NCBI GenBank assembly: GCA_977030845.1
Contig: OZ365112.1
Location: 25,854,001 to 25,918,000, forward strand
DNA: 64,000 nucleotides
Reading direction: 5' to 3'
DNA from: Fimbriosthenelais zetlandica
Lineage: Eukaryota
Shown here: positions 49,528 to 61,563 of the stretch, piece by piece
Layout: each line of letters starts with the position of its first letter
Numbering within the stretch: the stretch's first letter is position 1
The notes under the pieces: generated by a model
What the model was told of the DNA's origin: nothing
What the model saw: only the letters and a program-made list of their open reading frames with translations
Database searches by the model: none
Translations under genes and position numbers: made by a program

Positions 49528-52500
49528 GTGAGTAGTGAATCATGATTGTTTCCATGCAAAATATGGATTTTGTTTCTTTTCAAATGACTTTGCCCCTTCT
49601 CATCTTCCTGAGATCCCAGACACTGTTTTCATCTATAGATAGCAACTTAGTCCAAAGTGTTTTTATTGTTTTTTTTTAGATTGAATACCTAGAGTACTAC
49701 ATATCAGTTTTCTTGGGTGAATTAATATTGTTATCATTGTTAATGGGAAAAATCTTGCTGCTAGTTATACCCAGCTACCTCATGCACAAGCCTGCCTCTG
49801 TGATCTCCGAGACAGGTACACATAATTAATCAGTGCTGGAATGTCCATTAAGGGCAATAATTGGTCTTGCATCATGATGTGAAATGAGACAAATGAGCCT
49901 TTGCCTATCTCCACCCCCTCCTACTCCCTGAATCATTCATAGCTTGGTGTACACAGGAGCTGGGCAGTTGAATGCATGGAGGTAAAGTGCCTGCAATATA
50001 GATGCACCGCCTCTGGCCATCATACCGTATAGAGCTCAGCATCACAAAACCCTGCCCTTTCTCCTGCGGGGCATTAGCAAACACCTCACACCCCACCTCT
50101 GCAAACCTTGCCCCTCCCCATACATATCCCTATGCTTGTGGACAAATGCAACCAAAGAGCTCTTTCCATTCCCAAGTTGTTGATATACATTTGTTCTGTA
50201 CACTCTCAGTTTGTTTGGGATGCTCACTGTCCATCGTCCTTCTGACGAAAATGCTTCTCGGCAGTACTTCAAATCCAAAACCAAATTTCCTCACGGAGAA
50301 GGTTGCAGCAAAACATGTGTTGTCATATTGTCTTGGTCTAGGACTCGGGACTCTTGTTCTGGCCCCAAGCAATAGCTGAAAAGGAGTTTAGATAATCTAT
50401 CCTTATTTGATTAGATAAAAAAGCTGTGATTCACACTAAATTAGTCTGCCCGCCCGAAAGCATCCTTGGATCCTGAAACTTTTTCTTTCAATATTCGTTC
50501 TCAATGTCGACCCTTGAACTGAGGAACTTTTAAGGTTCACAACAGGTTGTATTGAACAATAATATTAAGAATCTTCTCTATAATTCATAGAGTACCTAGA
50601 AGCATTTTCAAAAGGTTACCACTCACACCCGAGTGCTTCTTGTAAAATGCTGTGCCGAGCGAAGAAGCCTTGGAGAACTAATTACGTAACACTTTCGTAA
50701 AAACTTCCAAAGACTCAAGGCTAGATATTGATTTATTGATCCCCTCAAGAAACACAAACCAGAAACACAAATACTCCTTGCCAAGAAGGCCTATAGAAGC
50801 TGCTGGCTTCTAGCTGAAAATGCCCTTTTTGTAGACTATAAAGTTTTGCATCTATGAATGGATATTATTATGGGTCCCTGAAAAATTTCGACTGTGAAAC
50901 TTTGAAGATGATGTATACATATCTGTAGCACCTTAAAGTATATGGAATTCTGCGAGTAATGGCAGTGAGGTGGGGAAGTGGAATTTTTCCAATATCCGGA
51001 ATAGACTCATAAAATGTGATGATATTACTTAAGAGGGATTGCTTAGTATGGCGATCGTGACACTTTCTCTCTGATGAGATCGGGTTTTCTCAACACTTTA
51101 GATGCAGATAATCCCCTCGGGCCATCCAATCTAGATTCCAAAATGCTCTCCATCATGACCATTTCACCCTATAATTTAAAATGTTCAAAGAAACTAACCC
51201 ATGCATTGTGGTATGCTATTCTTGTGGTCATTTTCTTTTATAGGAGTCTCTGTCCTTTTCTCCAGAATTAAAGTGTTCATGAGGTCAGGACACACTGAGG
51301 GAAATTTTGACCCCTAAGACGCTGGTGGGTGTTGCCGAAGAGATGGGTGTGTTTGTGTTTGGAATGGGCCGTGCTTTTATATTATGACCAGATCGCCAGG
51401 CCTTGGGCATAAAGAAGGCAGGATGGGACAAGGGTATGGTGTTAAGGTGAGGGGTGTGTGCATGGAGTGGGAGATCAGAGGCTTGTGATGGATGAAGACG
51501 GCGAGGGGCGAGTAGAGAGGTGCTGGAGATGTCTGCGCTTTCGGCCTTGATGAGATGGGTAGAGGGAGACCTAGGCAAGCCAATGTAGAAGCACTCACTG
51601 AAGCCACTCTGAAAAGCGTGCCGTGGCAATGCTCATGGCTAGCCCAATCAAGTGGCTTGCATACACACTTTTCCTTTTTAGAGAGTCACGCGGGGACTTT
51701 TCACATCTTGGTTTACATACATTTTTCTTATCTAACCTCTCTTGTCCGACCGGGAGACTGATGTTGTGTACTCAACCTCAAGGCCATCACCTCAGGCACA
51801 ATAAGAAAATGCGGCATCACAATATATATACTGTGTTGAACTTGGGCAGTGTCCCTCCCTGAATGCGTCGCCAATGCTCTGAATGTGTAGTGGGAAGCCA
51901 TGAGATCTGAGCTTGCTATATAGGACTACATCTACATGTTTGGTCCCTGATATATTGTCAGAAACTTCACTGGGGTCTCTTGCTTGTTGCACCACCAAAT
52001 CCATGTGACTGGGTTTCTAATGAAAAGGGCGTAACAGGATGAGGGGGTTATGTGGGGTTTTGGGGTGAATGTCTTCTGTACATCGGTCGATAATCTTGTC
52101 CTGCAGGTCATGGGGTTGGAGGGTGACCCATAGACATGGCCAGCCTTCTGCTGATCCACTCCTCAAAGTGTACAGATGCAATCACAGCTACAACCCTCTG
52201 AGCATATTGATCATTTTGATGTCGGAGAAATCCTATACCAGATCAAGAATTATCATCAAGGTTTCTTTGTAAACGGCATAGACCTTGGCGATCTTGGCAT
52301 AGGTCCGCGCAGATTTTCCCATCTGTCGCCAATTTAGTTAAAGATTGTATATGCTATATTTGAAAGCAAGGTAAAATGGTAAAGGGACAGATGCAGAGAG
52401 AGGGATGAAAGAGAGTGGGAGAGAGGGTGAAATAGAGGGTGAGAAACAGCCAAACAATGGTGATATTGGAGAGAATTCCAATGTCAGAAAGCCATTTTTG

Positions 52501-55500
52501 TCATGGTCCTGTCCCATTTCAAACAGAGAATCTAATATTCAGCGTCATCTTTGGACGGGGATGCGGACACAACGATTCTAGATTGGACCGTGACCAATCT
52601 TGCAGATGGGTTACACAAAAGTGTAAAAGTTCTGGGGAGGAGAAGCGGGGGAAGAAAGTGGTGATGATAACATTACCGAGCATGAGCCGGTGGCATTCAC
52701 TCATTGTAGCGTGAGTGGCTCAATGCCCGTGTCTGCCCGGGTCAGACATTGTAGAGGAATGACTAAAGGTACGTTTCACTCGCGGAACAATTGAACACAC
52801 CCCATTAATCTTATCACTTGCTGGCGTCAGCTAGCCTTTGCCTATACACTTTTGGAATTCTCCATGTGGCCTCTCTGGAATCTCTGGGGGTATTGGAAAG
52901 TGCGGGGATGAGCAATGAGGGATAGAGTGAGTTATTGCTAAGTGATAGTGGTTTTATCATGTAGCCAAGGCACTTTAACCAAAGGGAATGTAGGTATCAG
53001 TCAATAGAACAAATTCTTTACATTGCATCAGGAGTACTAAAAACTGTGGCACAGGTTTCAGTGCATCAGTATGGTACAACATCACTACTTTCTCAATACG
53101 AGTATAATTTGTAATTAAGTCCCACTTAGACATAACGCCACTGATGTTCTCTTTAGATTCAACTATTTGGTTGACTTTTACTAGCCCGGCAGCTTCTAGG
53201 TTACCATTTTAGTTGCTGAGTTCAGTTTGCAACAGCGTTATGCATGGGCAACATTGTACATTGTCACTGGAAGAAAATTGTTTAGTGATGCGTCCTACTT
53301 GATGCCGTGACCACATCGGCGAAGTGATGGTTGTGTCAATAGTCTCACACTCGCGATGGATGCTGAAGCACAAGAAGGTGGACCCAGGGAGCACTTAGGC
53401 AGCCTGGTAAATCCATACCCACCAGTCAGGGGCTGGCCTATCGCTGAGAAAGGCTCCTGCAAAATCAAGTTGCTTTTCCCCGGCACTAAAGCCTGGCCTT
53501 GGAAAAACGATGTGATCTCGAAGAATTAGACGTACACACGTGGCTTCTTCTGTTTAAGGTTCTTTAGATGTTCAGATCCGATTTCACAAGGAGGAATCAA
53601 TGTTGTAATAATGGGATCCTAGCTTTAGCTAGAGGATGGATGTGGAAGGGAGAATCTTTGCGGAAATAAACAGTTCCTGTTTTTTCTTCTCCAGCAGGGT
53701 ATTAAAACGAGAGTGGATTTGTGAATGTAGGAACTATCACGAGCATCTAATCTCTTCAGGCCCATATCCTCTGTATTGTCTGGCTATCTTGTTCATTTAT
53801 TCATCAAAAATGTATAGATGACACGACGAACCCGCGAAATGAGTCTCCGAGGTTAATCTATCTCGCGTATCCATTTTGATAAGGAATCTAGAGGGAGTGC
53901 TTTTGCCCTAATCCTTTATTATCTGGATGGGAATTCACTAGGCATTGCTCGATCCATTAGCAACTGGTCACAGTCCTAAATATGGCTGGGGGAATGGCTC
54001 ATGGCCCGCCCTTCTGGCCCCCCGGGGCCACCCGCCCGATCTTGTCCCGCTTTTCAATAATCTGTTGCCGGCTGGTTTGACACCCCTCATGGTCCCATGA
54101 TTCAGCCTCCACATCCCTGATTTATGTCAATGTCATAAATGTAAAGCGCCGGCCACCGCCTTCTACAGGATTAACTTGAATGGAGATAAAAATACTTCAT
54201 CGCTGTATATTGAATTATTCAAAACATCCCAAAGTGTCTTTGTTTGATTTTTGTTCTTTACTTCTGTTCCATACCAGGACATGGTGTTCCTGCTTTGTTC
54301 CAAAGCCGTTAAGATTTAAGACCGAATAAAATGGACGGTAGTTAGTTAAACTCGTGGAGAGGCAAACCAATTGCACGAACACTTATCTGGCACTTTACAT
54401 CAGAGCTTACACAAATCATGCCTGTGAGACCTGCCCATGGCCTTCACAGATGGACTCACAGGATCAACGCCTTTAAATCGGCTGCAAAAACGCCTCCATT
54501 GGACAGAAAAGAGGATTCCGCCTGCCATGAACCAGCTTTAGCCCCAGTCTCTTTGTAATATCCCAAAGTGATCGGAAATGACCATTTGTATAGGGCTTCG
54601 TGTGCCCCGCGCACAGCAGGTGGCTTTTTTGCTTTAATTTCCGACCAGCGGCCGGCCTGATTTTAGCGCCTCGTGTGACAGCCACTGTGAAAGCACTGCT
54701 CAAAACCTTCCAAAGAAAATTGAATATTTAGTTCTTATCATTCCTTCTTAAGTGTCAAGCGGCAGCTGCCTTCTCCAGACGACTTCCAATCCCTTATACA
54801 ACTTGCCTGCCTAACACAAGAAAAGCCACTGCCCCTTAAGCTTGATGTGGCAGTGGGAGGAAATAATTCAGCTTATTTCTTGCCATTGCTGCAGCATTGA
54901 CGCTGGAGACATTAAGCCCATTTGCAGGAATAGGAAACCCCCGATAGAATTTTCCCCCAACTAATGGCAGCGTTTAAGCTGGATGGCCGGTTTTCTCCCT
55001 TTTTTCCTGCTTTGTGAATGAAACCTAAGCCTAGACTCTTTGTGCATCTATTAGGTGTTGTTGCCATTCCGGCCATAACTGCTCACTTGCATGCTGCTCA
55101 CACCACTCTTATGAAAACAGATGGTGGTCCCCACAGGTTGATGGGTGTCCTTTGACGGCACCACTCCCATATCAACACTATGTCCATTATAATCACTCTG
55201 ATGGGCTAGAGCTAATAGCATTCACGTATTGCTATCTTTACCATCAATGTATCCCTCCATGGTGTTCTTTTTCAATGTAAATAGACAGACTGGAAGTGGT
55301 CGGGGTTCTCAAAATGTATGTGTATCACGGATGGTTAGCCGAAGCAAAAGCAATATGTTTACGTCCAAACACATTAGTGGTAATGATTTCGCTAGAGGTG
55401 CTCAGTCCCATTGACCTATAAACAGGATTTATTGATTTGAGCCTGGCGACCTGATGGAGGCCAATATATGCCCCCTGTACCTCGGTAGATCATTCACCCA

Positions 55501-57241
55501 TGGAAGGGATCATATTGTCATAAGCATTAGCACGATTATGCATATAATACATGTACCTGCATGCATATGCATGAGGTGTTCTACTATTATAAATGGCTGA
55601 TTTCCTCCATGGAAATATGCCAACAAGTATCCCCCATGGAGAAATGATGTAATTATACTGTTAGGCTTAGTAAATGTGCCTGGAAAGGGTTTATATCATG
55701 TCCTTCGATGACCTAGAATTTCCTATGGTAGCTGCATGCATTCCTTTACTTCCAATTACCAATGTTAAAGATTTTAAATACCTTACCCAAAAAGGGCATT
55801 GGGATGGTTATTGAGGTTCTTTCTAAATTACAACTGTATGTCGTTTCTATCAGTATAGAGGCCTTTGGTTGTTTGCATTCCAGACACTCTCCCTTTTCAG
55901 CAGCTTCCGCTAGACCCACTCATGCCCTTCTGTTGATGTGGCAAGATTACAGGAATCCAATTAACACAAGAATCTGTAATCAGAGGCAATATATGGCACT
56001 GATCTATTGAATCCCCCAGATCTAAAGGACCGAAACAGGCTGGAGGCAATGGCAGTGGACCGTGCATAGTGGCGATTGCGAAGTGATTGCAAATCTTTGC
56101 TTGCAATGATAAGGCAGCACCAGTCAATCGCTCGTTGATGATTCAAGGCGATGGCTGAAGGGTGTGATCAGAGGCGATCTCCTTCTTATAGGTGTACGCG
56201 ATGATCTTAAAGCTGCTCCAGTCTAAATGTGCCATGCAAGCTCTCATAGCCAGACCCAAAAGGCCATGGTTGAATCACTTCCTCATATTTACCCAGTTCG
56301 GTTTTGTCTTGGGGTGAAAATTTGCGGAGATTGGCTTCTCGCGTCTTGACTTCATTTGCTTCCTCATGTCCTTTGAGGAGAGTTTTCAAATGGCATGTGC
56401 CCTTGTTAGGTCTGTTCTGTGTCAACAAAATATGCCTTTTGAATCAAGGGAAAGGGCAGGAAGTGAATCCGAGATTGCACTTAATGGTTTTTGATTATTC
56501 AATACTATTTTCTCGGGAGTGGCTCGAGCATTGATATTTCCAGCGCTGAATGGGAAGGAAGCCCGAGGCTTGGAAAAAAAGGTCCATTCCATCTAAGCTT
56601 TGATCTTCCCTGCCCCACTTCTTCCTCCCTCGCGTTCCCTTCTATTGATGAAGATGCCCCCAACGAACAACAGGGAGGTGGACAGTGATACAAGGCTCGC
56701 TGCCTCTACGATCTTAATGACCATGATTGCCTTTTCAGCACCAAAACTCGTGTAAGATCATTCCACGAGTGAACACAATTTGTTGACCTCTTTTGAAGCA
56801 AAGGTTTGGTTTTTAACGTGCAGGAAAATAGTCATCCCCATGCAGTCATAGTCAACTACCCGTGGCCTCTCAGGAATGCCAGATCTTGAATTGTTTACAA
56901 AGCCATGTTCTTATGACTTTATTTTATATTCTTAAATACATATTATATCAAGAAGCCTACCAATACGTTACTTATGCAGCAGCTGCCCAATATTTAGTTC
57001 ACAAAAGAATTTTTAATGTTGTTATTAAACGGGTAATACATTACATTTGTTTGATAGCGACTGATACGTACTTTTAATTACAGTTTATTTATTCCCAAGC
57101 TGGCCTCTTAAAGTAAGGAATGTAGGAAATATTCCTTCCTGCTGGTCGGCCATGATTGGGGCTTTGGGCCTGGTCAGGCACATTACAGCATGTGAAAGAT
57201 GTCACCGGACGTACCAGTCCTAAAGCGTCCACAAGTTAATG

Positions 57242-57255
57242 CCACTAGGTGGCAG
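57242..57255 (+). promoter_or_regulatory. Candidate CTCF-binding motif
   Basis: CCACTAGGTGGCAG matches the CTCF core CCASYAGRKGGCRS. Motif match only; no binding data. Confidence 0.3.
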
Positions 57256-60200
57256 ACCATTGGCCGGGTCTTCCGGTCAGTGTTAATGGATCACGCAGTG
57301 AGAGACAGAAGCTGACAAAAGATGACCTTCCGATCTGGGATTGGTCCAACAAAGCAGTATGGCGCCATGGCAACCACTCCGGAAAAGCCAGCATTGTGTG
57401 TCGGGGGCTCATTCTGAAGCAATGGACTGGGAGCCCACTTGGAAATGCCTTCATTATGAAAGCTCGAGGCACAAAATCCAGGGCGATAACATCAATTATT
57501 CGAAATCAATGTGTGAGACAGGTGCCTTGGCCACCCAAGAATTCACGTATAAATGACAGATAGACAACCCAAAGTGATGCCCCCCTTCCTCCTCCATGCA
57601 AATGGGCTGAATTGCTAACTAGCATTTCAGAGGATCTACCATAAATCTGAGTCCAAATCCCTTGAAGTGATAAATTCCTCTGTAATAGAAATGGGCAGGA
57701 CACGTTTCTTTGGTTCTATGGTCAGTGGGGGACTAGTGGATGTCATTGGAAGTGCAGCCATACTGACGGCATTGGTCTGACAGGCCAGGGTCGCGCGATG
57801 GAGAAGTGATGTTGAGGCAGTGTCAGCATGCGGTTCCCCGGAACTGGAGAGATGTCAGTTGCCTGGCCACCAGGTTGCTCGGGGCCATGAGGGTCTTGTC
57901 CGAGGGTCATGAGGTGGTCAAGAGAGGGTCAGTCAATGAAGGGAACAGGAGGAGAAATGTGAACCCACATACTGAACTCTCTCCTCCATTCACATCAATA
58001 TCAAGACCTTACAGTCTCTGTTCTCTGTTCAAATTCCCAGTAGTCACCTCAATTTTTTCGTAATCGTTTTCGGTTTGGACAGCAAGTGGACAAATGGATT
58101 AAGCCCTGTTCAGAGATTTGATGGAATGGATTATTTGCCTTTAATTTCCAAACCTGACTGAATGGCCTCCCCATGCAGATGAAATAATGCAAACAGCCAT
58201 TGCTGCATGTTCGGTGTTTGCTTTCCTGAATTCACCACCGCTATCAGGTGTGAAATCAATCTGGTAATGACCGAAATATTTGCTTAACCTTTAAAATCAA
58301 GATGATTTTTCTTTGAGAAGCTTCCAGGTAAGAGGTATCACGTCGTAAAATATTGACTGTGGGGAGAAAAGCTAGAGACACATCAAGTAACTGAATACAG
58401 TTTCTTTGACAAGGTTCTTCACATTCAATGGTATCTTGATCCCGCAACTGTTGGCTATACCGTGGGTGTGCCACATCCTGGTGGATAACTGCTTGGATGA
58501 CAGAACGTAACAGAAGTACATAAGTGTTTTGCACTTATGTTCCCAGATGGATTGCTTCTGTGATCATTTGTTCAGCTATGAGGCTGGCCTGCCACCACAT
58601 GGACGGCCAAACGTAGGGCAAACAGGGCCGATGTTTGAGGACCACTTGTCACTGGTTCCTCCGTGCCCCGCTTGGTGGCTGGGAACAAGGGCGATAATAG
58701 GGAACAAACAGAATCTGATCTCCAGTGATGGGAACCTTGCAGTTGGGGAGAGGGCACGAATTGTACAATGAATGTGGTGGTGAAAGGTTACAAGACCATT
58801 GAGTTGTAAGAACTGCGTGGAATATTCTCAAGTTCTCACTTTTTATGCTATATAGTATTTAGATGGAAGAGACCTCTAGTGCTATATGATAAATTCATGT
58901 TTGAATAATCTTTTACGCTAAATATTTTGCCAGAACGTATCAGATATATTCTGCATCTTTTTGTAATAAAAAGGCAAGTCAGGTAAGCACTTTATCAGTC
59001 TAAAATTATGGTAACTATCTATCACTATAGGGGGATAGATGGTATTAACCGAGGCTGAAGTTTGCATACATCTTCCTGCCAATGCTAAGCATGTGCACAG
59101 ATTCGTGGACTATAATTTCATTTCCCTCTAGCCTGCCTTTGTCAGCAGTGCGCTGAGGTGCGTTGAGAAAACCTCATCATCTGCTGGCGGATTTATCCTT
59201 GGGACTCTTTATGGATGGTTGGACGTCGGGGCCGTGCCCTCGGCCGATATAGTAAGATAAGATTTGCCCATCGGAGCGAACTTAATCACATCAACCTTGA
59301 CATACACTGTTAAAAATCCAAAATGTTCAACAGTCTGGCGCCGTCCATACCTAATATAATATTTGCTTAGATGGCGACACTACCCTGTCGCCATCCAGCC
59401 AACTCCTGAACAGCATGCCATCGTTTGAGTAAAGCTTCAGAAATGCCGCCGTCCGACAGCTGATATTTCCATTGTCTACCTCATCAACACACATCATGCC
59501 ACCCCGGGGGGCTATACACCCCTAGCCACCCTCTAACATTTAGAGTCATAACTACCCACTAGTAGCACATAGGGTGTATCAGACAAGACAAGGAATAAGG
59601 CCTGCAAGTATTATGATTATACCTGAAGAAATGAATTATGAGACAAGGAGATGTATATTTGAGAAACAAATAATCTCTCTTTCAATGTATATGAAAAGGT
59701 AAATATTTTAGAAAGAATTGACATTAACCTCGGAGAACAACATTTTTTAATTTGTTCTGGTTACCATGGAAACCATGACATCGCATTGAATTTTGAGATT
59801 TTAAAATTTGTTTAACCATTTTACCTTAGTTGTAAATAAGCAACCATGAATTATAAAGTAGGCTTAAAGTTACATATGTATAATAGCCTATAGTGTTAAT
59901 GCACACAGGTCCCAAGTACAGTAATATTTCAATAAAATCTATGACTTGAAGATTCGTTCGGCTATAAATGTCATAATCAGTTATAAATGCATGTATAGAC
60001 ATGTCGTTGCGTGGTGGTCAAATTTGGTCACGCTTAAGTGACCACCACGTACTAACACCTCTGATTGGAGGAGGGTCATGGGTCTTAGGCATTAGGCGGG
60101 TAGGAGACTACCAGAGGCCTTCACTGCAGTGAGGGAGAGGGGGAGGTCAGTTTCCCGTCAACTTTGAAAGAGGGAAGACATGCTTGACATGCTTCATTCA

Positions 60201-61276
60201 TACGCAATGGTAAGCAGAATCCTTCACCATCATTGTTCTTCACTGTTCATTATCTTGGGTTTTGTAATACCAATAATAAAAGCCGACATGATTAAACATT
60301 ACATTTATACATTGTTTCATCCTACTTTGATTATCATTTATCTTTCAGATTCAATATCTCATGTCATAGGCCTACTCTGTGGAAGTTCGACAGGCCCCAG
60401 ATTTTGGTATGTACAATTATTTATGATAATAAACAGTCAGTCATCTTCATTTTTCTGGAAGCCTGTGAATTAAAACTTATATTTATTAACATGCCTGGAT
60501 TTAGAGCCCCTATTTCACACATTTGTCGATAGTGTGGCTTTGTGGACGCCAGTTTGCGCTAAAACAATTGGCCAGTCTACAAACATTGAGGACGAATTTG
60601 CGCCATGAAATAACCTTATATTTATTATTGTATTTTTCAGACATTAGCCTACGCGCCAGAGATTCGGATTTCATGGTCATTTGACATTGACATACTCCAT
60701 AATAAATGAGACAGCAGGTGAAAATCCGCGAATCAGAAAACAAGGGGAAGCTTCCATAACTGTTTTAAAAGAAGTGAGGTTAAAATGTATCATTTTTAAA
60801 ACATAATATATTCGGTTATGTCTTAGCCTGCATCTCGCATTATCTACCTCGCATAATTATAGTACATGTATATGTTTATTTACAGACCTCGTGTAGGCAT
60901 GGACAACAATAGACCCACATATAGCCACACTAATCCGCCTATTGTCTCTGCCCCGCCACATCCCCCCACCTGGGCGGATGTGGCGGGCAGAGTCTTCAAA
61001 GGGGGGATTATAATTCTTAAAGTTTGGAACATTTATTTGTTGCACTAGTAATGATGTGATAGTCTCAATAATGATATTGTTTCAAAAGTGTGCAAAACAG
61101 TTGAATATATGCTTTTTTCACTTTAAGATAGGGGGAAGTGGGGTTGACTGGTTCCCAAAATAATCTACTTAAATTTAGACAGAACTTGCAAACTTTTGAG
61201 ATGGCCCTTAATAGAGATAAATTTTGATTTCAAATATTTCTTTTTACTGCTTACACAATTTCATTTATTTTCAGGA

Positions 61277-61280
<4 letters not shown>

Positions 61281-61312
<32 letters not shown>
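61281..61312 (+). repeat. (AG)16 microsatellite
   Basis: Uninterrupted AG dinucleotide run read directly. Confidence 0.95.
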
Positions 61313-61315
<3 letters not shown>

Positions 61316-61468
61316 TTAGAACACATGGCTCATTTGGTTCAGGAATGTTATGCCACGTCTCCAAAGGCCAAGTCAACACCTCAATTGATGATCTCTATAA
61401 TTATTGATGATTAATAAAAAGTTGGGGGAATAGGGGTGGGTTGGGGAGGCGGGGCGGGTATAGTGGAT

Positions 61469-61495
61469 GGGGGGGGGGGGGGCGGGGGGGGGGGG
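61469..61495 (+). repeat. Poly-G tract
   Basis: 27-nt G run with one C interruption. The length may be unreliable in the assembly. Confidence 0.9.
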
Positions 61496-61496
61496 A

Positions 61497-61563
61497 GGGT
61501 AGAGGCTCATATTATGGACCAATCAGGGCGGGGGTAGAGGCTCATATTATGGACCAATCAGGG
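61497..61563 (+). repeat. 35-bp-period tandem duplication containing CCAAT boxes
   Basis: GGGTAGAGGCTCATATTATGGACCAATCAGGG at 61497 and 61532, with GGGCGGGG (GC box) at the junction. Confidence 0.9.

Noticed and set aside
59370-61048. Helitron 3' end interpretation of the hairpins
   Set aside because: None is followed by CTRR at about 10 nt with a T after it; the nearest CTAG is about 55 nt beyond the third hairpin.
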